Below, in pieces: positions 14,340 to 24,701 of a stretch of 64,000 bases of DNA. Under the pieces are notes generated by a model. The model was not told the DNA's origin. It saw only the letters and a program-made list of their open reading frames with translations, and did no database searches. Made by a program: the position numbers and the translations under genes. Position 1 is the stretch's first letter. Every line of letters starts with the position of its first letter. Source of the DNA: Octopus sinensis. Lineage: Eukaryota. The DNA lies in assembly GCF_006345805.1 (NCBI RefSeq), contig NC_043005.1:75826001-75890000 (forward strand), written 5' to 3'.

Positions 14340-14895
14340 AGGCAGCAAGCTGGCAGAAATGTTAGCACGCCGGGTGAAATGCTTAGCGGTATTTCATCTG
14401 CCGCTACGTTCTGAGTTCAAATTCCGCTGAGGTCGATTTTTGCCTTTCTTCCTTTCGAGGTTGATTAAATAAGTACCAGTTACGAACTGAGGTCGATATA
14501 ATCGACTTAATCCGTTTGTCTGTCCTTGTTTGTCCTCTCTGTGTGTAGCCCCTTGTGGGTAGTAAAGAAATAGGTATTTCATCTGTTGTTACATTCAGAG
14601 TTCAAACTCTGCCGAGGTTGACTTTGCCTTTCATCCTTTTGGGGGTCGATAAATTAAGTACCAGTTATGCACTGGGGGTCGATGTAATCAACTTAATCCC
14701 TTTGTCTGTCTTTGTTTGTCCCCTCTATGTTTAGCTTCTTGTGGGCATTAAAGAAATAAGAAGCTTGCTTTCAAACCATACGGTTTTGGGTTCAGTCCCA
14801 CTGCATCACACTGAGGGCAAATGCCTTTTTCTGTAACCTTAGGCCAACCAAAGCCTTGTGAATGGATTTGGTAGACAGAAACTGAAAAATGCTTG
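14340..14895 (+). mobile_element. two tandem S2 SINE copies nested in an S1 SINE
   Basis: The S1 head ggctgtgtggtaagaagcttgcttt (about 14310) resumes at 14760. Two S2 bodies lie between, each ending ttgtggg...aaagaaata. Confidence 0.7.
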
Positions 14896-14921
14896 TCATA
14901 TACATAGATACATACATGCAT

Positions 14922-14954
<33 letters not shown>

Positions 14955-14975
14955 TGCACACACACACATAAATGG

Positions 14976-15202
14976 AAATAATACATACTACCACTACTAC
15001 AAAAATAACAGCTTCTTCTTTAAGAGCACGTGTGTTTGAAAAGGTTAAATGAAAGTGCTCACACACTAGGAAAAAACTTCTTCCCAAAAACAGTTAGTGA
15101 CATCCTGATAAAAGATTTTATAAAATATTTTTAAAAAATAATTTTTTTAAAAATCACCTTTACACTTCAAAACTGTATTAAGTAATTCTCACAGACTTTC
15201 AA

Positions 15203-15233
<31 letters not shown>

Positions 15234-16697
15234 ATAAAAAAGCATATATCAGAAAGATTCACACTCTAAAAAATAGAGCAGTAATTATTACCACAAAAAT
15301 TTTATTTCTTGGACATAGAGCTACCCAAAGTTTCGCATCCACAAAGCAAAGCCTTGTGGACAGTTCGTCTTGTCAGACTCCATATAAATACAAAATTTAA
15401 AATATCTATGTTGCAGATGTGAGGAAATGCTCAGAACTTGAGGAATACATCTTAACAAAAAAACGTTAATGAAGACAAGTTATCTCCCATTAATCAAAGG
15501 TGGGGGTAAAAAAAAACTCTTATAGCCCCAAAGAGGCCTAACTAACAAATGGAGAGATCCAATTTTCCAGTAAGCAGCTTTTGAAGTGGATACATTTAGA
15601 AAAGACTTCTTTATAGCTGTTTAACATGCTAGGTTTCTTATAGTCCTTAAGAATTTTGGCTTTCTCCACGTTGCAGATCTTACAACGGCCAATTCCATTA
15701 ATATACCAGCCTGGATGATCAAATTAATTTCCACCTGATGTCACATGGAGTCCCTTGATCTTTGAGATGCTATACATAGCAGGCCAGGGACATATCAAGC
15801 CATCTTTCTGGGACTCTGAAAGATAACTGGTGGATAAGAAAATGTTGCTTGAACGACGTACTTGCAGAACCAATATATTTACACACATGGGATGTGCCCC
15901 ATTCACACCCCTGGTAACATATGGCATGGGGCCGGTCATCCCATATTTGGTCATCTTCTGAGGTGGTGGAACTGGGAATGGCAGATACCTCCTCCAAGTC
16001 GCTGGTCCTGGATAGGTCATTATTTCTAGGTGCGGCATTTGTATTGGTGACAGCATACATTGCAGGCCTGGTCACTCTATCTGTATCTGTGGTTTGTTCA
16101 TTATCCATGGCATGGTACTGGGGGTCTTTGGTGTCACTCTCTGTGATGCTGGTCCTGGACTGGTTATTATCTCTGGGCACGACAATTGTATTGGTGTGAG
16201 AACTGGTTAATCTACAAATAATATTGGTGTTTGATGGTACATAATTGTTATTGTGGATATCAGGTCTAAGTATCACCATAGCCTCACAAATGACACCTTT
16301 AGCCTTGTATTGGCCTCCTATTGGATAGTTATCATATACCCTGCAAGAGCAACCTGCCTCCTCCCTTGTATTGTGGGCATTCGCTAAAATGTTTTTTAAG
16401 TTAGGTGCACAACTAAAGGAGACTCTTAAGTTGTGTCTGTTAAATAAATATTTACTTGTGCATTTGAAATAATTAATACTACCACTACTACAAAAATAAA
16501 AACATCCTCTTTAAGAGCATGTGTGTTTGAAAAGGTTAAACGAAAGAACACACACACCAGAAAAAAACTACTTCCCAAAAAAGGTTAGTGACATCCTGAT
16601 AAAAGATTTCATAGCATATTTAAAAAAAATAAATCTTTTAAAAATCACCTTTACACTTCAAAACTGTATTAAGTAATTCTCATAGACTTTCAAATAT
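14976..16697 (-). mobile_element. 5'-truncated Penelope-like element (linker plus GIY-YIG) flanked by about 230-bp direct repeats
   Basis: A stop-free frame reads FNRHNLRVSFSCAPNLKNIL...GCSCR...YPIGGQYKAKGVICEAMV-(long insert)-KYIGSASTSFKQHFLIHQLSFR...LACYV. After a stop and a frameshift it continues HLKDQG...WK...YINGIGRCKICNVEK...LNSYKEVFSKCIH to a stop at 15538. Direct repeats at 14976-15206 and 16466-16697. Confidence 0.8.
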
Positions 16698-16715
16698 ACA
16701 TACATACATATTATA

Positions 16716-16762
<47 letters not shown>

Positions 16763-16789
16763 AATATATATATATATTATATAGCCTCA

Positions 16790-17450
16790 TCTGGCACCTG
16801 TGTCGGTGGCACATAAAAACACCATCCGAAGACCCGGCAAGACTAGTCAGGCCATAACCTGTGGCCCCTACCTGGGACGTAGTCAGTCCACCTGTGCATA
16901 CCTTCCTCTTGTGACACTTGTGAAGACCTGTTGAGGCAAGTGAAAATCAAATCAAATCAAACAATCAAATAGATGAACATCAATGGAATTTGTATCTTTG
17001 TGTTACCAGTGCCGGTGGCACACAAGAAAATCATCCGAACGTGGCCATAGCCAGTACCGCAAGACCTAGGCCTCCTCCGTGCTTTGGGGACGTAACAAAC
17101 ACCATCCGATCGTGGCCGTCCGCCAGCCTCATCAGGCACCTGTGTCGGTGGCACATAAAAAACACCATCCGAGCGTGGCCGTCTGCCAGCCTCGTCTGGC
17201 ACCTGTGTTGGTGGCACATAAAAACACCATCCGAGCGTGGCCGTTCGCCAGCCTCGTCTGGCACTGTGTCGGTGGCACATAAAATCACCCACTACACTCT
17301 CGGAGTGGTTGGCGTTAGGAAGGGCATCCAGCTGTAGAAACACTGCCAGATCTGACTGGCCTGGTGCAGCCTTCGGGCTCCCCAGACCAGTTGAACCGTC
17401 CACCCATGCTAGCATGGAAAACGGACGCTAAATGATGATGATGATGATGA
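16790..17450 (+). mobile_element. RTE 3'-UTR-derived repeat with about 4 tandem 60-bp hairpin modules
   Basis: gtgtcggtggcacataaaaaacaccatccga units, then the ggttggcgttaggaagggcatcc tail and (GAT)n. Confidence 0.8.
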
Positions 17451-17534
17451 TGATGATATATATATACCGGAGTGAGCCTATAACTGCGAAACAAGGTGGA
17501 AAATTGTACTCGAATACCAGAGGTAGAGTAAGAC

Positions 17535-17802
17535 AGCAGAAATATCACAAAAACTGTTACTCAGAGTTTCACGTTCCCATTCCTTGGACAGTTTTGTTTA
17601 GAATGGAACAGAAGTAAGGTTATAAACAAACATGAAATTAGTATAATGGATACACATTTAAAAATGGTTTTGTTACATACGTGTATTCATTAAATTAATT
17701 TCATGTTTGTTTATGACCATATTTCTGTTACATTCTAAACAAAACTGTCCGATGAATGGGAACGTGAAACTCTGAGTAACTGTTTTTGTGATATTTCTGT
17801 TG
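17535..17802. repeat. fold-back inverted repeat (about 106-bp arms) with a hammerhead-like motif in each arm
   Basis: 17535-17640 is the approximate reverse complement of 17697-17802. Confidence 0.85.
17741..17786 (+). ncRNA. minimal type-I hammerhead-like motif, U4C core variant
   Basis: AAAACUGU-CCGAUGA-AUG GGAA CGU-GAAA-CUC U GAG-UA-ACUGUUUU. Stem I 7/8 pairs, palindromic stem III. Confidence 0.55.
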
Positions 17803-18021
17803 CTTTTTAATAAAGTATCATCATCATCTTCATCATTGTTTAACGTCCGTTTTCCATGCTGGCATGGGTTGGACAGTTTGACTGGGGTTTGGGAAGCCAG
17901 GAGGCTGCACCAGGCCCCCAGTCTGATCTGGCAGTGTTACTACAGCTGGATGCCCTTCCTAACGCCAACTGGTCTGAGAGTGTAGTGGATGCTTTTTATG
18001 TGCCACCGGCACACATACATA

Positions 18022-18064
<43 letters not shown>

Positions 18065-18164
18065 ATTGAAGACTGTAGTTGTGTGAAGCCAGAACAATGT
18101 GAGAAAGTACAAAATAAACTATAAAAGGAAAAGAAAACAGAACAAAGTTGCAGTTTTACTTTGT

Positions 18165-18204
18165 ATTTCTATATTTCAGGGTGAAAACCCCTTCTTCAGG
18201 ACAT
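18165..18204 (-). ncRNA. minimal type-I hammerhead-like motif
   Basis: AUGUC-CUGAAGA-AGGG GUUUUCA CCCU-GAAA-UA-UA-GAAAU. Canonical core, stem I 4/5 pairs. Confidence 0.5.
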
Positions 18205-18258
18205 TCAGAAAAGCAGTTGCTGGAAAAAGTTATTACTAAATATATGCATTTATGTGTA

Positions 18259-18296
<38 letters not shown>

Positions 18297-18589
18297 TGTA
18301 TGTCTGTGTGTCTGTGTGTGTGTGTATGTGTGTGTGTGTGTGTTTGTGTGTGTTTGTTCTCCACTGTTTGACAACTGGTATCGGTGTGTTTATGTCCCTG
18401 TAACTTAGTGGTTTGGCAAAAGAGACTAATAGAATAAGTACCAGGCTTTAAAAATCATAAAGTGTTGAGGTTAATTCATTTGCCTAAACATTCTTCAAGT
18501 TGATTGCCTCAGCATGTCCATAGTGCAATGATTGAAACAAGTAAAGGATAAAAAGAAGCTATATAGAAAAATATATATATAAATATATC

Positions 18590-18920
18590 TGTGCTGGTGG
18601 CACATAAAAAGCACCATCCGAACGTGGCCGATGCCATTGCCGCCTTGACTGGTTTACGTGCCGGTGGCATGTAAAAAGCACCAACCAATTGTGGCCACTG
18701 CCAGCTTACCCTGGCACCTGTGCCGGTGGCACGTAAAAAGCACCCACTACACTCACAGAATGGTTGGCGTTAGGAAGGGCATCCAGCTGTCGAAACACTG
18801 CCAGATCAGACTGGAGCCTGGTGCAGCCTCCTGGCTCCCCAAACCCTGGTCGAACTGTTCAAACTGTGCTAGCATGGAAAACAGACGTTAATCAATGATG
18901 ATGATGATGATGATGATGAT
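18590..18920 (+). mobile_element. RTE 3'-UTR-derived repeat
   Basis: Hairpin modules plus the ggttggcgttaggaagggcatcc tail ending in (GAT)n. Confidence 0.75.
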
Positions 18921-19014
18921 GATGCTGTGGTGGGCTTCTACACAGTATCTTTACATCAAATTCATGGAGAGGGCATTGGTCAACGTAGAGCTTAGTAGAA
19001 GCCACTTGGTTTAA

Positions 19015-19234
19015 CCCTCTAGCATTTAAACTGACCATATCCAATCGAAATATCTTACCTGCTCTATGTTAAATCTAGCCAGATCCAGTTTCTCACACCT
19101 ACCCTACAGTATTAATCTAAAAATAAACAATCTCACCATCAAAATCCGAAAGCTATGCAATAATGCATGATTAGTTCAAAACGATGTGAATAAATAAGCA
19201 TTATGTCTGACAGATTAATCTGAATGCTAGAAGG
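19015..19234. mobile_element. piggyBac-type MITE
   Basis: TTAA on both sides (19011-19014, 19235-19238) and inverted termini ccctctagcatt / aatgctagaagg. It interrupts an S1 SINE remnant. Confidence 0.7.
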
Positions 19235-19559
19235 TTAAGGTGCTGCACAGTGCTATAAACTCAAAAACACATATTGACATTGTGAGCTACTTAAGTATAC
19301 AATCATATCTGCACAACAAATATCACATAGTTAATTGAATTTTTATACTGATGACTTAACAGGGTGTATGTATTCTGGATGTGCTAGCTGATTCTGCATA
19401 ATCACTAAAGATGGTGCATTTAGTTTTTTTGTTTTTACCTCTATAAATTTCAGACTTTTGTTGTATCATATCAATTTGTAATTTGTTTGCTAATCTAATA
19501 ATGTATACTTAGAAAATTAGAAGATTAAAACAGACAGACAAATTGATAGGACAGACAAG

Positions 19560-19599
19560 ATTAATTAGATAAGGTAAATAGATAGAAAGATAGATAGAT

Positions 19600-19631
<32 letters not shown>

Positions 19632-19908
19632 ATAGATAGATAGATAATAGATAGATAGATAGATAGTTAGACAGACTGATAGATAGATAGATTTGATAGA
19701 TAGATAGATAGATTTGATAGATAGATAGATAATAGATAGATAGATAGATGGATGATGGATGAATGGATAGACAGAAAGTTAAACAGCAGGATTACTGGGT
19801 AAGACAGATAGATAAGCTTGATAGATGATAGATATAGATGGATAGATAGGTCACATAAGATCAAAGAGAGATGAACAGATAGACAGACAAACAGAAACAT
19901 AGACAGGC

Positions 19909-19996
<88 letters not shown>

Positions 19997-20121
19997 GGAT
20001 AGATAGATAGATAGATGGATGATGGATGAATGGATAGACAGAAAGTTAAACAGCAGGATTACTGGGTAAGACAGATAGATAAGCTTGATAGATGATAGAT
20101 AGATAGATAGTTAGACAGACT

Positions 20122-20218
<97 letters not shown>

Positions 20219-20260
20219 GTGGATAGATGGATCGATGGATTGATCGATCAAGTGATAGAT
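19560..20260. repeat. (AGAT)n microsatellite field with internal duplication
   Basis: Directly visible. The unique island gaaagttaaacagcaggattactgggtaagac occurs twice. Confidence 0.9.
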
Positions 20261-20417
20261 AAATAGATTCATCTTAAATGTATGTTTATATTTATGCCAG
20301 AGTAATAGGTTTAATATGGAGGCACTAATGACCATACTTGGCTGAACTTTCACCATGCTTCATTATGAAAGGATTCTCTGGGTGAGAGCAGTGATAATGC
20401 AGTGAGTCTCTTGAAAT

Positions 20418-20420
20418 ATG
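20418..20420 (+). CDS. candidate start codon at the end of an upstream exon of the RGS9BP-like gene
   Basis: aatATG|gtaaga gives a strong donor in phase 0, matching the phase-0 acceptor at 22849. An in-frame TGA lies just upstream. No homology support. Confidence 0.25.
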
Positions 20421-20772
20421 GTAAGATGAGAGAATATAGCAAAACTAGTGATGATCTGCATTGGCGGTTAATAATGCAAAGAATCCAAATGCAAGAATAT
20501 GTTTATGCTTTGTAGAAACAAAGAGATATCTAAATTTTCAGACAGTCATCACCATCATCATCATCAGCAGCAGCATCACCACCATCATCATTGTCATCAC
20601 TATTACCATCATCACCACCACCACCATCACCACTGCTGTCATTGTTGTAATCCTCCTTCTCCTTTTCTTCCTTTTCTTCCTTCTTTTCCTCCTCCTCCTC
20701 CTCCTCCTCCCCCCTCCTTTTACATCGAAAAAACCTTAGGAATGAGAACCCAGGTTCGAAGTTTCCCCCAAG

Positions 20773-20809
20773 ACACCTGATGAAGGCTGGAGGGTATATC
20801 AGCCGAAAC
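20773..20809 (+). ncRNA. truncated hammerhead-like motif (core and stem II only)
   Basis: acac-CUGAUGA-A-GGCUG(10-nt loop)CAGCC-GAAAC. No proper NUH or stem-I partner follows. Confidence 0.45.
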
Positions 20810-21006
20810 AAGATGAGGACAAATATACATCAAATGTAAACAATGTAAATAATGTAAATAACGTATAAAATTCCTCATCTCATAAATATAGAACTATAAT
20901 ACTATCCGTGTATAAGAAACTTCCATATTTTTTAACCTAATTTTTGACAAAAAAAGGCTTCTTTATATGCATTAAAATATGGTGTTTAATATAAAATACT
21001 CATATG

Positions 21007-21230
21007 TGGAGGCACGTGGCTTAGTGGATAGGGTGTTGGACTCATGCTTGTAAGATTGTGGTTTCAATTCCTAGACTGGATGATGTGATGCATTCTTGAG
21101 CAAAAACTTCATTTCATGTTGCTCCAGTCCACTCAGCTGGCAAAAAAGAGTAATCCTGTGATGGATTGGCGTCCTGTCCAAATGAAACCAGCCCTTAAGA
21201 GCCTGGCATGGCTCGAGAAGGAAACATTTC
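21007..21230 (+). mobile_element. tRNA-derived SINE (S3-related)
   Basis: A-box tggcttagtgg, B-box ggtttcaattcc. Similar to 60920-61110. Confidence 0.7.
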
Positions 21231-21829
21231 TTCTTCTTTACTCATCGTATATTTACTATAATTTACCTTTCAAATACTGCATCATCTTACTGAATTCACT
21301 TATAAAGGACCAGGTTATATGCTTCATTTGACAGTTCGTTGATGAGTTGATGGTTGGTTAAACACTAAGTGTACTTATGAATGAGAGGTAATGAAGAGGA
21401 GGACTGAATAATGCTTTGCTTGAATGAGCTGGAATGCCTTTGACATCATAAAGCAGGTCAGTGAAACAAAAGTAGGACGACGTCCTTAAATTAGTTTGTG
21501 TGTGTTTGCACATGCAGTGAGTGTGTGTATGTGTATGTGTTTGTGTGTGTGTGTGTGTGTTAGTACATATTTATTTCACTTGTAAATCTATATGCGTGTA
21601 TAGATTTGAGGATATGTGGGTGTTCTGTAAATATTCTAGCATGGAATTCAATGCAAAAATATTGGAGGTTGAAGATAATCCATGTAGAAATTTTTACTTT
21701 CGGACTGATATTCATCATTTAAGATGATTTTGATTTATGTGTGTGAGTAATAGGTCATACTGAAGATGATGAAGAGGAGCATGCATGAAAATGAAACAGA
21801 AATTGGAGAAGAAATTGAACTAAAATAAA

Positions 21830-22246
21830 GGAGGATAGATGGATAATTAGATAAGTAGATAGATAGATAAGGTAGATAAGAGACTTAGATAAGGAACTTA
21901 GATAAGAGAAATAGATATATAAGATGGATATACTGTGAGATGGATAAAATAGATAAGGCAGATAGCAGATAGACAAGAGATATGGAAAGCTAAGATATTT
22001 AGACAGGCAGACAAATAGAGAGAGAGAGTGACTGACTGATAGTGTAGATAAGGAAAATAGAGACATAAGAGAGATAGATAGAGACAAACAGATAAATAGA
22101 CAGATAGATAGATAAAATAGATGAGAGAGACAGATGAGGTCGATCGGATAGATAAACAGACAGACGGATACATAAATAAGATAGATAGGGGGTGGATACA
22201 TGAGATAGATAGACAGGTAGATAGAAAGACAGATAGATAGACAAAC

Positions 22247-22281
<35 letters not shown>

Positions 22282-22292
22282 TATATATATAT

Positions 22293-22357
<65 letters not shown>

Positions 22358-22366
22358 CATGCAAAC

Positions 22367-22401
<35 letters not shown>

Positions 22402-22535
22402 GAGACAGACAGATGGAAAGACAAACAGCAGATAGATAGACAACCAGACAAACAGACAGATAGATAAATAGTTTGATAGATAGACAGACAGACAGACACA
22501 TAGATAGACAGATAGATAGATAGATAGATAGGTAA

Positions 22536-22575
<40 letters not shown>

Positions 22576-22581
22576 GTAAAT

Positions 22582-22640
<59 letters not shown>

Positions 22641-22660
22641 TAGCTGATAGCTAGATAGAT
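21830..22660. repeat. (AGAT)/(AGAC)/(AT)/(AG) microsatellite field
   Basis: Directly visible. It explains the 181-324 aa IYLS ORFs. Confidence 0.9.
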
Positions 22661-22848
22661 TGACAGACATGGATATCTCCAACAATATCGATTTCTCAAG
22701 CACCAAACATAAACATATCTCTCAATCATTGTCTTTCTTTTACAGCCATACTTCTTTCTAGATATGTTGTATTAATAATTACCCTGTTAAATTTACTAAG
22801 ACATGAAATATATACTAATTTACCAAAACGAAATATTTTTCTTTCCAG

Positions 22849-23015
22849 CTGATAGATGAGCTGAACAAAGAAACTGCCTGCTACAGTGCACTCGCGATAG
22901 GTCTTGGAGGTTCGCACGATTCCCCAAATTTAAGGAATGAACTGACGAGAATACGAACCAAGTCTTTCCATTTGGTTAAACAGACTATGGAAATCTTAAC
23001 CCTGCTTTATCAAAG
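22849..23015 (+). CDS. RGS9BP: RGS9-binding protein (R9AP)-like, coding exon A
   Basis: Acceptor tttttctttccag|, donor ag|gtattt. Encodes LIDELNKETACYSALAIGLGGSHDSPNLRNELTRIRTKSFHLVKQTMEILTLLYQ, matching the R9AP N-terminus as I recall it (L.D.LNK.TACY..L....GGS.DS.NLR.EL...R.K). Ends in phase 2. Confidence 0.88.
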
Positions 23016-23266
23016 GTATTTTGCCAGTTTTGATAATCAAATAAATTTTTTTTTTTATCGTTAAGCAATTATTTTGATTGTTAAACAATTTTAATGTTTT
23101 CTTGCTTTTGCAACCATGCAGTTTTAGGTTCAATCCCACTGTGAGGCAGCTTAAGAAAGCGTTATCTACTATAACCCTAGGCTGAACAATGCTTTGGGAG
23201 TAGACAGAAACTGTGTGGAAATATGTCCCATATATAAGCATGTCTGTCTGTCTGTCTATCTATCTG

Positions 23267-23310
<44 letters not shown>

Positions 23311-23354
23311 CATGTATATATATATATATATATGTAGAAGAATATTGAACTTTA

Positions 23355-23745
23355 TTTAACGTCCACTTTCCATGCTATCATGGGTTGGACGATTTGACTG
23401 AGGACTGGCGAACCAGGTGGCTGCACCAGGCTCCAATCTTGATCTGGCAGAGTTTCTACGGCTGGATGCCCCTCCTAATGCCAACTACTCCAAGGGTGTA
23501 GTGAGTGCTTTTATGTGCTACTGGCATGAGGGCCAGTCAGGCGGTACTGGCAACGGCCACAAAAAATCGTTTTTTGTTTTTAATTTTATGTGTCACCTGC
23601 ACAGCAGCACAAGTGCCAGTAAGGCAACGCTGATAACGATCATGCTTGAATGGTGCTTTTTGCGTGCCACCAGCACGAATGCCAGTCAGCTGCTCTGGCG
23701 ACGATCATGCTCAGATGGTGCTCTTAGTGCTCCACTAGCACGGAT
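23355..23745 (-). mobile_element. RTE 3'-UTR-derived repeat
   Basis: Same family as 3655-4215. Confidence 0.7.
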
Positions 23746-24437
23746 ATGTATATACATGTGTGAGTGCCTTTACGTGGCACCTACACTGACAGGGTCATTA
23801 AGTACTTGCAAGACAAAAAGAAAAATATATATTAATATGTGTGTGTGTATGTGTGTGTGTGTATACATATATATATATAAAGAAAATAAGATAAGGTAGA
23901 AAATGCAAAAATAATTTTATCATGAAAAGCATTTTAATACCGGTTTCAGTCTTTTCCACTCTTTCAACTTGGAGTAAAACAAGAAAAACAATCAAATTGG
24001 GGAAAAATTAAATGAAATGTTTTTAAAAATATTTCCATAGTCTTCAAATAGGTAGGACATTTTCCTTTTTTCTGTCTCTCTCTTTTACTTTTGTGAAGGC
24101 TTGGTAGCTAGTAGCAGATCTGAAGAAATAGTTAATATGAGGGATGCTAGTTCTGCACTTTGTTTGTTTAAGTAGCAGCAGCCGAGAATGGAGAAGACTA
24201 GGAAGAGGAAGAAAAAGAAGGAGAAGGAAAATAAGTGAAAGAAGAAGAAAAATAGGAGAGTGGTATGACAGTAGGAGACTGTTCATGGAATCTTCTTTAA
24301 TGGTCAAGTGACCTAAACGTGACCTGTTGTGGTTGTAGCAGTAGTGATTGAAAGCGTTCTGAATAAATTCATGGCAGAGAAATATTTGGTTCTGGAGTTT
24401 CATGGTTTAAGCAGCAGCAGCTGAGTAGGAGCAGGAG

Positions 24438-24520
24438 GAAGAAGAAGAAGAAGAAGAAGAAGAAGAAGAAGAAGAAGAAGAAGAAGAAGAAGAAGAAGAA
24501 GAAGAAAAGAAGAAGAAGAA
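24438..24520. repeat. (GAA)n polypurine tract
   Basis: Directly visible, nearly pure. Confidence 0.95.
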
Positions 24521-24701
24521 AGGAAAGATGATGGAAGTGGTTATGACCCAGTAGTAGAGGTTGTGGAATCTACTTCAATGGTCAAGTGATCTAAAAATGA
24601 CCTGCTGTGGTTGTAGTTGTAATGGTAAGAACTGTTCCAAATAAATTCATGGGTAGCAACTGTTCTTAATATATCTATCATTTTTAATATTTGCATGGGT
24701 A

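Noticed and set aside
21755-22729. Long ORFs of 181-324 aa (IYLS repeats)
   Set aside because: They are translations of (AGAT)/(AGAC) microsatellites, with no domain motifs or splice context.
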